In this document: piece by piece, positions 1 through 12,799 of the stretch
How the letters are laid out: each line of letters starts with the position of its first letter
How positions within the stretch are numbered: position 1 is the stretch's first letter
Assembly: GCF_009834535.1 (NCBI RefSeq)
Contig: NC_045708.1
Coordinates: 18,104,001 to 18,168,000, forward strand
Origin: Camelus ferus
Taxonomy: Eukaryota
Direction: 5' to 3'
DNA length: 64,000 nt
Notes under the pieces: model-generated
The model's database searches: none
Told to the model about the DNA's origin: nothing
What the model saw: the letters and a program-made list of their open reading frames with translations, nothing else
Position numbers and translations under genes: made by a program

Positions 1-3000
1 TTGTGTGGGCGCGTAGTGACTAGTATATAGCAATGAGAATGAACAAATATTGTCACATGCAACAGCGTAGATGAATCATATAAAGAATGGTGGAGAAAGA
101 ACTACCTACTGTATGATTCTATCTTTACAAGGTTCAGAAAAGCCCAAACTGATCTAAGCTGTTAGAAGTCAGGATAGTGTTAGCCTTTGTTAGGGGTGGG
201 GTGGGGGCTAGAAGAGGGCACAAGCCAGGCTCCAGGAATGCTAGTCCTGATCTGGTCCCTGACCTGTGTCTGGGTTACACGGGCATATGCATTTTGTGAA
301 ACTGCCTTGAACTGTATGCTTACAGACTGTGCCCTTTTTCTGAATGTCTATTATACTTAAAGAAAAAGCTTACTAAAAAATAAAACAGAAGCCCACCCCA
401 ATAATCACTCCAATTGTCTGTGCATAAAAAATATATATATACATAAATATTCCTCCCATTTAAAAAACAACATTGAGCTTTCTATGTGGAATGCCAATGT
501 GAAAAGATGTCAACAATATATTGTTAGGCACAAACAGAAAAATATATGACACATATATGTCATCTGATTCTTTTCTATTGAAAAAATAATATACGTGTGT
601 GTATAAATAAACTTATATATCAAAAATATTCTACAGGTATGGAAAATGGCTGGACAGAAATCCCCACTGTTAAAAAGTCACTGTTCTTATGGATTAGAAC
701 CCAAGGAGCTCCTTCCTGAGGCCCTCTAACAGGGTCCAGCAGGAAATCTGAGCTACAGCTGAGTGAACTGGGCTCTCCCCTTGGTCAGAGCTGGGTCCTG
801 GCCAGGAGGCAGAGGGGACTTAGGAGCAGAGTTTCTGGAAGCATGGTGAGAACCCAAAGAGCCAGGTCAAGGCCTGGACAAGTGCGTTTAAAGGCCCCTC
901 TGGGCAAAGGGAGGAGGAAGAACTAGTCCTGTCCTCAGGGGCCCCAGTGGTGTTGGGAGAGTGGGGGAAAGTAGGGAGGCACAGCCCTACCCACAGACAG
1001 CACTTAATCAACACAGCCCTGTGAGGTAGGGCTGTCTTCATTTCTAGATCAAGGTTAAGTGCCTTGCCCAAGGTCACAAAGGTAGTAAATGGAGCAGTTG
1101 GGCCTTGAACCCGAATCTGTCTGAACCTCAAGTAAGGAGCTCTGCACTGAGCTGGAGAGGAGGGGGAGAAAACAGCCGAGAGGTGCAGGCTGCCCCTGGA
1201 AAAGACTCAGAAACCCAGGCTGCAGGTCTTCGCTGGGCTCAGAACCCTGGGAGCCCCCAGCCTACAGGGAATCTCAAAAGCAGGTTCTGCCCAGGGTCTG
1301 CAGCCACACCATTCAGCTGGGGTCAGGGCTCAACCACTAAATCTGGCCGAGGGGCCCCTGTGTTAACTCAGCACTAACACCTCTGCTGGCAGCTTGGAGG
1401 CTGGCATCATCCAAAATAGATCCCAGGAGCAAGAGCCCAGTCAGTCTGCTGCATCTCTGCACACAGCCACCCCCTAACCCCCAACTCCCTGTCTACCCCC
1501 TCACTTCCCCTTCCCCCACCCCAACTCCAGCCCCTGGGTTCTGAGTCACTCAGACTATTGGATATTGGGAAGAAACAAAGGATGGGGCCATGGAGCTATG
1601 GAACCTAGAACAGCCTGGATCCTGGGTTCAAGTCCCTGAAGGCTGAGCCAGATGTGACTTGGCTAATTGTCCAAAGCAGCATAAGACAAGCTGATTTACT
1701 CATTGCTGGGTGCAGGGTGGGAGCAGTAGTTAGTGGCTGGGAGCCTACTCTGTACCAGTTTTATTCAGTCCTTACAACTGTGAGAATTAGATATTAGTGA
1801 CTCCATTTTACAGATAAAGAAACTGAGGCTCAGAAGGGGAGTAACTTGCCCAGGGTCACCCACAGCTTAGACTCTGGAACCAAGGAAGACCTAGATTTTG
1901 AGCCTGGTCCTGTTACTGGCTGTGTGGTCTTGGGCAAGTTACTTTACTTCTCTAAGCCTCAGTTTCCTCATCTATAAAGATGATTTTAAATTAATATCCA
2001 TCATAAAATTATTGTGAGGATTAAAAAGATAATGTTAAAACTCTTAGCATGATATCTGGTACAGAGACGGTTTTCAGTCCATGTTATTATGATTGAGTCA
2101 ATTATCTGACCAATGAGAGGGTCCACTCCCTAGGAGAGTGGGGCTAGGGAAAGTTTTTAACCTTCCCAGATCAACGCAAGAGGTCTTCCTGAGAGAAGCA
2201 GCATTTCTGTCCCATTTTAACTCAAGACCTTCAGTTCACTGGATGTGTATGGAGGAGGGGGTGTGGTGCGGAGGGTATTTGGGAGAAGGTGGCACAGCTT
2301 GGGTAGGGAGAGTTGCCTCAGTCTGCTGTCAGGGGGTCAGGTCAGGTCTAAACACGGGCAAACCTCCAGACCTCCCTCTCGGATGACGTCCTAACAGCCT
2401 GCTTGGGCACCTTGGATGATAAACAGGTTGTCACCCTCCAAGCCCCAAGTGAACTTGATAAATCCTGGCAAAGCCGAGGAGAAGAGGCCCATCTATAAAT
2501 ACCCTGTGACTCAGGCTCAGTGTCCTGTTGAAAGAACCGGTTGTGTTTATGGCTCTGTTGCTCTGGGGAGGCATTCCAGCTCGGGGAGGAAGGTCTGGGC
2601 CACCCTGAGGTCTCAGTTTGTTCTGTGGGGACATGTTTAGGGTCTGGGGCCAGGCCCACCATGGCCTGGCCTACTGTCCAGTTCATTATGAGACTCTAAG
2701 GAGATCTCTCGTCTCCCTGGGTCTCCTGTCATTCAGGAAATGAAACATGTTGGCTCCCCTGTTTTTACAGATGGGCTATGAGGCGGGATGGCCTGGTGAC
2801 TGGACACACAGGTTTGTTTCTTTTGTTTCCTGGTTTTTTTGTTTTTGTTTTTGTTTTTTGGTGCTGGGAAACCATGGGCTCAAGTTCCAATTTCACACCT
2901 TAACTAGCTATGTGACCTTAAACCAGTCACTTCACTTTTCTGAATCTTGGTTTCCTGAACTACAAAGTGGGGATAATAGTGGAAATTCCTTCGCAGGACT

Positions 3001-5415
3001 GTATGAGGATGAGAAGAGAGTACATAAGGCACTCAGCACTCAGTAACCAGCATATAGTAAACTTTCGGCTGATGATAGGTATTAAGATTTTTAAATATTT
3101 TGAAAAAGGAGTACTTCAGGGTTTGGTTCCTCCAGAGAGATATTTAGGGAGTTGATGGTTACCCCAGACCTTTACCATCTCTTATCTCTATGTTTCGAAA
3201 TTATGAAGAGCCAAGGTATGAAGAAAACAAGACAGTTCCCAAGACTGGTAGGGAAAGGGCAAGTTACTATCATTCATCAAATACCTACTGTGTGCCAGTT
3301 GCTGTCACTAACATCATCTCATCTGACTCCCCAGACACCAGCAAGGTATAACTCCCGGAAAACCAAGGCCCAGTGAGGCTAACTAGATGGCAGAGATAGG
3401 ATTTGAACCCAGGATCTGGGTGCAGTTAAAGCACTTGTTGTGTGTGGCCCACTGCACCACGGTACCTGGCTACTACCTCCCTGGATGAGAAGGTGTCCAA
3501 GAAGGGATACAAGTGAGAGAATGAGGAAGGAAGAATCGGGAGCTTGGCAACAGTCTAGGAGAGGACAGAGAACTGGAAGGACATTGGGAGCCAGTTGGGG
3601 AAGACACATTTGAGGTGGCTGCTCTGAGGGGTCAGCCAGTGGACAGATGGACAGATGGAAAAGTACAGCTGACTTCAGAAGAAAAATCATTCTGGGATGG
3701 AGGGAAGGGCCCTTTGCTCAAGACTGTCTGAAATGATTTCTGAACTTACAAACCCCACAAGACCCTCTTCTACCTGACTTTGAACGCTCTCTCTGAAGCA
3801 CTCACCTCTGGGCCTTTGCACATGTTGTGTGCTCTGCCTAAAATAGTCTCTTTCTCTTCCCAACTGAGATGTTACCTCTCCAAAGAGGCCTTCCTTAACC
3901 ACTCTATTTAAATGGGTCCCGATCCCATTACTCCTAGACCCAGCACCTGTTCTTTCCTAAGATTTATCACAATCTATAATTGTTTTACTCAACTTCCTTG
4001 TCAATTTATGTACCCAGCCCTACTCAATAAAATATCTGTTCCATAACTACAGGGATTGTATGGGCTTGTTCACTGATATGTCCATAACTTCTGACATACA
4101 GTAAAAGCCTAGGAAATACTTGTGGAATGAATGAAAGGTCCAGCCCTGCTTAATCCCCCTGTTTCTGATTCTCTGCTTTTTTGAGACTGGTTTCTCACTA
4201 TTTCCCCATCACACCCTCCTCATTCTCTCCTCCTAGGTGCCTTTACTTGGAGTGCCCTCTCTCCTCTGCCCATCGAGATCCTGCCCAAACCTTAGCTCCT
4301 ACTGGACCTCCTCTGGGAAGTCCAACCACCCCTGGATTCAGGGCCCTTGTGAAGTGAACAACTTGCACACCTGTGCATGAAAGCCCTACTCAAAGCACCA
4401 TCACTTGTATGTGACCTTGGGCAAGTCACTTCAGGGTGACTTTGGACCCCATTTTTCCCCAGTTAATTTAATCCTTCGGATTGGATTATTTCTAAGTGAA
4501 ATAATTCAAATGTAGAAAAAAGACATAAATGTCGCAAGGTATACTTTGAACTGTTCTTTAAAAGAGAAGATAAAATCTAACAATAATAATGTTAAATGTT
4601 ATAATAATGAAAGCTACTGTTTAATGAGTGAACAGATCAAGCAGTGAGCAAGGCATTAAGAGCTGTGGTTAAGAGCACATGTTTCAGAGCCTGAGCCTTA
4701 CCACTTACTCTCTGTGATCTTGAACCAGTGACTTAACCTCTTTGAGCCTCAGTTTCCTCATCTGTAAAATGGAGATGATAAAGATTCCTACTTCATAGGG
4801 CTTTTGTTGTTTGTTGTTGTTCAGCAAACTTTTTATTGACTATAATCCAAACACAGAAAAGTATACTGAAAAATGGTGCAGCTCAATGAATTTTCACAAA
4901 ATAAGCATGGTTGTGTGACCAGCAAGTAGGGCAGTTTTGAGGATTACATGAGCCAACACCTGGACAGTACTTGGAACACTGGTAACGGATGGCTAATGTT
5001 ACTTGCTCTGTATTTCATGGGCATTGTGATAAGCATTTTATGTACATTATTTTTATTCAATCCTCACAGTAACTCTGTGATGTAGGCACTAATATTACCC
5101 TCATTTCAAATAAGGAAACCTAGATTCAGAGAAGTTAAATATACTGGCCAATGTCACAATTAGTAAATGGCAGAGGTAAGAGAAGAACCCAAGTCTTTTA
5201 CCAAAGTTTTCCTCCCAAACCCCTTGATACACTGATTCTCTAAGACGTCTACGGCAGCATCAACCAATAAGTTAAAAAAAAAAAAATGGTACCTCAATGA
5301 CCAACTTGGAAAATTCTGGTCTTCTGAATTCTTTTTCTAAAATAATTTCTTTTATTTTTAAAGCCAGCATTTTCTTTTATTTGGTTTTTTGTTTATTTGT
5401 TTGTTTGAATTTGAT

Positions 5416-5526
5416 GGGGGGGTAATTAGGCTTATTCATTTTCAGAGAGGGTACTGGAGGTTGAACCCAGGACCTTGTGCATGTTAAGCATGCACTCTAC
5501 CACTTGAGCTATACCTTCCCCCCCCC
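5416..5526 (-). mobile_element. Camelid tRNA-derived SINE (Vic-1-like)
   Basis: Reverse complement reads GGGGAAGGTATAGCTCAAGTGGTAGAGTGCATGCTTAACATGCACAAGGTCCTGGGTTCAACC...CCTAATTACCCCCC (A box, B box, characteristic tail). Same family as copies at 31.1, 33.3 and 40.1 kb. Confidence 0.85.
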
Positions 5527-8500
5527 AGAATTTTTTATTCAGTTAGATAAATATTTATTGAATACCTACTACGTGCCTGACACTGTTATAGGTACTGGAG
5601 GTACAGAGCAAGGAAGATAGAAAAGTTTCCTGTTCTCACGGAGTTTATATTCTTGTAGGAGAAGTCAGACACAAATAAATAAAGCTAATTTCTGATAGTA
5701 ATAAATGCTATCAAGTAAATAAAACAGGATAATGGGATGGAGAGAGACTTGCCATCAGGGAGACCGCTTTGAGGAAGCAGCAGGTCAAGTAAGGCCCAGA
5801 GAAGGTGACCTGGACAGTGTGGAAGAGCAGTTGTGGGGCATCCTAGGGGAAGCCCATTCCGGAGCAGCCATGTTGGAATGTTTGAGGAAGAGATAGAATA
5901 TGATGCAACTATTCTAAAATACTGCTTTGAAGACTAAAACCTGGAAAAAAGTAAAATTAAAAAAGTACAACATACATTAAGATGATACCTTGTCCCAACC
6001 TTTGCTAGCTAGCAAGATTCTCAGAAAAGTGAAATGGTTGATTTATTGAGGTGTGATTGGGGTGGTTTTTAAATTTTTTCTTTTTTGGATAGTATCTGCT
6101 GTTGTCACATTGTGGTTTCTGCAATTTTTTTAAAGTCAAAAAGAAGCATTCCAGAAATCTCATACAGACCAAATAAGACAGTTCTCTGGTTACTGTGAAG
6201 GTTGTGCACATGAGATGGATGTATCATCTTGGTGAATATGCTGTGCAATCTCCAGCAAGTCACACTCCCTCTCTGGGCCACAAAATAGAACACGCAGGAT
6301 GCTACATTCCCTGGTACACCTACCAAAAGTGGGCATTGGCAAAGCAAAGCCTTTCTGCCATTCCTGTGACACATAAATACACGATTACTTTTTTCTAATA
6401 ATAGGAGAAAACATTGAATCATTAATAAAAAATCAATCAAAAGAATGAGATGAGAAGTCATAGACTAAGAGAAAATATTTGCAAAAACGTTTGGTAAAGA
6501 ACTGTTATCTAACANNNNNNNNNNNNNNNNNNNNNNNNNNNNNNNNNNNNNNNNNNNNNNNNNNNNNNNNNNNNNNNNNNNNNNNNNNNNNNNNNNNNNN
6601 NNNNNNNNNNNNNNNNNNNNNNNNNNNNNNNNNNNNNNNNNNNNNNNNNNTAGCATCAGGGAATTGCCATTTAAAAAAACAGTACGATTCCACTACACAC
6701 CCATTAGAATGACCGAATCATTCATTGCCAGGGGTTTGGGAAGAGGAAGTGATTAATGGGTGAAGTACAGGGAATTTTTAAGGCAGTGAAATTATTCGGT
6801 ATGGTACCATAATGGTAGATACATGTCATTATACATTTGTCAAAACTTATACACACAAAGAATGATGTAATTTATCAACTTTGAGTGATAATGATGTGTC
6901 AATGCCGATTCATTGATTGTGACAAATGTACCACTGTACTGCACAATGTTGATGGTGGGGGAGGGTGGGGGGCTGGGGAGGACGGGGTGGGGGCTATATG
7001 CAGACTGTACATTCTGCTCACTTTTACTGTGAACCTAAAAATGCTCTAAAAATTTAAGCTTTTTCTTTTTTTAAAGTCATATAAGAAAACAAAGGAGCAC
7101 TGTCTGGTAAAATTATTAGCTCAGGTCAGGGAGCAGGAATTTCTTGGAAGATCTTTGTTCCCTGAAGTCTGCCACTCACAGGGGAAGGAGCAAAAAGGAA
7201 GTCACATGTGAAGGAAGAGTTTAAGCTACCAACACTTACTTTCTACGGGAAGCAGTATACACTAAGTTCTGTGCTTTATATGAATTATTTCATTTGTTCT
7301 TTCAATAGCCAGATGGAAATGTTCATATTACACAAAAGAGTTGAAAATGATTATTATTCCCAGATACAGATTTTCCTAGACACCCTGTCTGTCTGAACTC
7401 AGAGGTTGAGCTCTAAGCCACTAGTGTGGGTTGGGGGCTCTCTCAGCCTCCTTCCGCCTTCGACATTTCATGATCCCATAAGTTACTTTGTCTCTTCTGG
7501 GGGCCCAATTGGGGTGCCTGTTAACTTGGGCATTGGATCCCCTGGAAAGACAGTGCTGTGTCCTTAGGGGACTGAGAATTTAATTGCCTGGAGCTTGACT
7601 TCATGCAGGAATTTCACACCTTCCCAGACCCTAGACTGCAGGTGGATGATGTCTAGCTGGAGAAGGGGCCAAGTCTTGCCTGGAAAGGCTGTGCCCACAG
7701 AGAGAGTGGGCTCCTTCTCCTGCCCTCAGCCACCTGTTCTTGGCTGCACCCTCCCACCCCTCCACCTTGTCTTTGGAATACTAAATCTAAGAACTGGTGG
7801 GGCCAGTTGGGTATTAATATCTGGACCCTGACGTTGGTGCTGATTAGAAGGGCATTCCCTCCTGGCAGCCAAGACATCTGAATGCCTTTTCAGCTCATCT
7901 CTCCAAGTCTTCCGTGGCCCTGAAGAGGATGGATAATCATTATAACCACAGCGACCCTGTTTTGAGTGCTGTAGAGTGCCAGACTGTGGTGCTGAACGTG
8001 TCACCCACCTGGCTGCATTCAATCCCTTCAGGTGCTTTTAGTGTCTCCGTTATGTACGTGGGGAAACTGAGGCTCGTGAGAGCTCAAGTAGCATGACGCA
8101 GGCCACAAAGCAGATGAGCGGCTGGGCAGGAACTCAAATCCCATCTGCCAGCAGCACTGAGCCCTCCGTAGACGGTGAGAGCCAAAGACAGGCGTCCTGC
8201 TCAGGATACATAAACACGGCGGCCCAGTTCCTTTAACTTCCAGGAACAGAGTGACTGGGAGGGTGTGGGGTTGGGAGGAGGGTGAGCTTCCAGGAAGTGG
8301 ATGGCAGGACCAGACCAATTGACCTGGGCCTTATGACAGCACAGCCCACCCTGGGAGAGGGGCCCTCCCCAGGCTTCCGGGTGGGGAATCAGGTGACAGA
8401 AACCTCTGTTCCTGTCCAGGGAAAACACGGCTCTGCTTGGGACAGGCCTGGACCCACCTGCTGACCTGTTCTCTTCTGGTGCTGGTTCTCCACCCCTCCT

Positions 8501-11500
8501 TCCCCTCTTTACTCCTTTTCAGTGCTTGATATTTGGGGCCTCCCAGGACACAGGGTCAATCCTGGGGAGAGGAGAGCAAAGGAGCCCATTGTCCAGGGGC
8601 TCACAGTCACAAAGGCCTCAGATTTAGGGTTTGACATTTGCTTTTGAGGGACAGCACGGTGTAGTGCTCCCCTTCAGCTCAGTGGACTCCCTCAGCTCCC
8701 AGTCCTTAAGGAAAACTGAGTTCAGTCCAGCATTCCTTGACAGGAATTAAAAAGCTTAAAAAGCCCAGATCCTGTGCACTCTCCCGCCTACCCTTCAATC
8801 TACTTCTCATTTCCCTGATCACAGCCTAGCCTACACCACCATCATCTCTTGACTAGACCCATGCAACTGACCTCCTCACATCTCTCTGGCTCACCCTTGA
8901 TCCAATCTCCACCTAGTCTTTTAAACTAGAAATCTGATCATGTTTCAAATCTCAACTTAAAACCCTTTGGTGATGGAAGGATAAACAAGAATCAATGGGT
9001 GAAAGGATAAACAAAATGTAATATGTACATACAATGGAAGATTAATCAGCTTTAAAAATGAAGAAATTCTGACATGCTTCATGAGTGGAACACATTTTGC
9101 TAAATGAAAGAAGCTAGACACAAAAGGATAAATATTGTTATATATGCTAGCATGCTTATATGAGTTACCCAGAGTCATCAAATTCACAGGGACAAAAAGA
9201 ATAGCCCTTGCCAGGGNNNNNNNNNNNNNNNNNNNNNNNNNNNNNNNNNNNNNNNNNNNNNNNNNNNNNNNNNNNNNNNNNNNNNNNNNNNNNNNNNNNN
9301 NNNNNNNNNNNNNNNNNNNNNNNNNNNNNNNNNNNNNNNNNNNNNNNNNNNNNNNNNNNNNNNNNNNNNNNNNNNNGTTTTGCATATTTTACCATGATTT
9401 TAAAAAAATCAAAGTCACTTTTTATCTCAAAATCCATGACATAGTCTACAAGACTCTGCAGGATTTGGCCTGCTTTGTGTGGGTGTTTTTAGGCTGATCA
9501 TCATACCTCTTTCCCCTTCAGTTGGGATCTGGACCTGTCAGGAAATGGGAAAGGAAATCAAACAGACGGAGAAAGAAAAATGGAGACTTTGTTACTGATT
9601 AAAGTTGGGCTGGAGACAATGCTTGTAACTATAGCTGCAAGGGAGCTTCCTGATACCTTCCTCCGTCCGTTGTTTCCCCCAACTCCTGATTTGAACTTCC
9701 ACCTCGGTCCTCTGTAGAGCCATCAGGCTCATATATTCCCTCTGCTCAGGGGGTCTTCCCTCCACTGCTCACTTGGCCAGTTGCTACTCACCGGTCATTT
9801 CTTAGCATGATGACCCATCCTACCTCCACTCCCTGCCTCTAACACATCTCCTTGTGGCCTTTAGGGTTTCTCCTTCACAGCACTTTTCACAGCTGTGTTT
9901 ATGTGTCTCTTTCCACGGTCTCCTATGGACGTAAATAAGAAAGTGAGCTCCGGAAGAGCAGGCCCTGTGTACGTTTTGTTCCTGGCCATGTGCCTGGTGC
10001 CTGGCACAGCGCCTGCTCTTAGGCTCCACACATGCTGGAGAACTTTATTAGCACCTGTTTCAGGAGAGCTCTGTATACTGTTGGAAGGAGGATCCAGGTA
10101 AGACTTTGGGGTTGGGAGGTCAGGGGTAAGCCTAAACATCATTTAGTGCTACGCTGAGCAGCAGGCCTTTTTTGTTTTGCTCTGTGGGGCCTATAGGTTT
10201 GTCTAGGGCCCAGTGGCTCAGGACCAGGAGAAGATGGAGAAGCTAAATGCAGTTACCTGGGGCCTCCTTCTCTGCCCTTTCCTGGAACAGTGCTCAGCCC
10301 CTGCTCTAAGTAACTGTTGACCAAATATTCAAACAATATCAGTTTGAAGGAGTGCCCAAGTGTATCATTTGGATCCTTAAGTGTCAATTTCAATGCTACC
10401 TCCTGTCAAACGCTTTCCTTGAAATCCCTAGGCCCCTTCACATAAGAACAGCTGAGGGTTCCCTCCTCTGGGTTCATGTAACCTCCTTCTGACACTAATC
10501 TCATTGTACTGTCTCTGCCCATTTAGGTGTTTCTGTCTCCCCTACTAGACTTTGAGGGCCACAAAGGCAGGAGCCTTGTCTTCTTCACTGCTTTTTCACC
10601 AGCATCTGGCATAATTTCTGGCACATAGTAGGTACTCACTAAATAGCTATTGACTTAGTGAATAAAGCGCCCATCATGTGCCAGGCACTAGTTGACTCCT
10701 CAAGAGGAATATGTGTAGTGACACCTGCTAGCTGTCCCCCCAGCCTCTGGATTTAAGCCAGTGAGTAAGCTCCATCCTCCAGGACAGGGAGTTTGGTCAA
10801 GGACAGGCCCACAACCCTAGGTGAGTCAATCAGGTCCATTCCAAGGGCAGGGCATGTGGAGTTTGGTCTTAACTACCAGAAGCTCCAGATGTTCTCAGTC
10901 CTTACTGAGGAGATAACTAGGACCCATCTAAAGACAAAACAGCTAAAGTTGTACCTGGTACATGATCTTCTTGGGCTCCTAAATCTCTTGTCTAGGGGCT
11001 GGATCAAAAATGAACACTTTTAGTCTTCTTGGTATAAGCATAGTGAAGGTAAAGGACTAAAGAATCACAGAGCCAGAACTGGAAGAATCCTTAGACATGA
11101 GCTGGTCAGACTCTTCATTTTGCAGATGGGGAAATTGAGGCCCAGCGCAGGGAGGAGACTTGCTCAAGGTCACACAGCATATTAGTCCCAGAGCCGGCAT
11201 TCTCCTTAAAGGAGTTTCTCAAGCAGCCTCCCCCTGCAGAGATGGGGCTGGGGCTCCCCCAGCTGGGTAAGGAGAGAAGAAGGAATACTGATAGGGATTC
11301 TCTCTGCTATAATCAGAAAAGAATCACTGGTGGGCCTGGTTATTCAACTTGAAATCTGGTAGCATTTTGATGATGCCTTTTGGTTGGCCTCAGATGAGAT
11401 GACTTCAGAAGGTACTAAGTCTTTGACAAAGCATCAATGATGCCTCCAGAATTTCTGCAGGGGAGGATATAGGGCCAGCAATCTGATGGGAAAGGGGACC

Positions 11501-11556
11501 AAGAGATTTGTCTTGAAGTAATATTTGCATAGCAAGCCTACTGTTGTTTCTTAGAC

Positions 11557-11772
11557 CAGGGCTTCTCAGTTTCCACACTATTGACATTTTGAGCAGCACA
11601 AATCTTTGTTGTGGAGGACTGTCCTGTGCATTGTAGCATGTTTAGCAGCATCTTTGGTCTCTACCTACTGGATGCCTGTAGCACCTATCCTCCCAGCTGT
11701 GATGAACAAAAATATCGCCAGACATTGACTAATGTCCTCTGAAAGGCAAATCGCCCCATTTAAGAAGCTCTG
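11557..11772 (-). mobile_element. MER20-like hAT-Charlie DNA transposon
   Basis: Near full-length match to the remembered MER20 consensus in reverse (cagggcttctca...ctattgacatttt...tgtcctgtgcattgtagcatgtttagcagcatc...ccagacattg). Confidence 0.8.
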
Positions 11773-12737
11773 AAATAACTGTATGTCTAAGTGACTGAGA
11801 GGGCATGATGGAGATCCTTCTAAAAGAAGAGAGGAGATAAAACTATAAGGAGCCACCCCTTTGTACAAGAAAAAAAAGTCATCAGAAGGATGGTCAACTC
11901 TAGGCAGAACTGTGAATTTTGACCTTACATGCTCACCTTTCCTTTCTTGACTATTTTCTTCTCTTTCTTGGCTCCCATTCCTACTCAGAAAAAAATTAAA
12001 ACTATCCAGGAAAAAAATTAATATCTGCATTCATGCTAAGTGAGACAAGCAGTATACAATAGTCACTAGAGCTTAAAAACACAAACAGTATACACTTAAG
12101 ATGTGAACATTTCACTGTATCTAAACTATATCTCAAAAGAAAAAAAAACTAAAACACATAGGAATTGTAGTTAGACTAGCGTTCAAGTTCCAATTCAGAC
12201 ATTTTCTAGCTGTGTGACTTTGGACAAGTCTTGTCACCTCAGTTGTAAAAGGGAGCAGTAATAGTATATCTCACAGGATAGCTGCAGAGAGTAAATGAGA
12301 TGATGTATAAACAGCACCTTGCACAATGCCTGGCGCAGAAGGTACTATGAATATTATCTATTATGTATTTATGTTTATATTACCTATTTACATTTATCTG
12401 TAGCTTATAGGTGAAATTGCTCCCTGATGATCTGCTTCCTGTGGACCTGTTCTAATTAGGGGCATCTCCACTTGCCTCTTCCCATGTGACCCCTTTGTTA
12501 AGATAGGAAAAATAAGGTCTGGAAACACAGCAATTTACTGGGCTTCACTCCCTGAGTCTTGGCTCCATCAGTGACTTATTAGTCCCTCTGAGTCTCAGTT
12601 TATTCAGTTGTAAAATAGTACACTAATACTATCCATTTCGTAGGGCTCTTAAGAGATTTATAAACGACATGACTCTAGGCAGGTCGGGGAATTCAGACCT
12701 GCCCTAAGGCTGGGGCAGCAGCTGCACCAACAGAACC

Positions 12738-12753
12738 TGCCACCAGGGGGCAG
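12738..12753 (+). promoter_or_regulatory. CTCF motif
   Basis: TGCCACCAGGGGGCAG matches the CTCF core consensus CCACCAGGGGGCRC; motif only, no binding data. Confidence 0.65.
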
Positions 12754-12799
12754 AATCGCTACATCCAAGTTCCCACTTATCGAAGACATTTCATTTTTT

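Noticed and set aside
6514-9376. N runs at 6514-6650 and 9217-9376 as hidden genes
   Set aside because: Both are embedded in L1-like flanks; nothing supports an exon.
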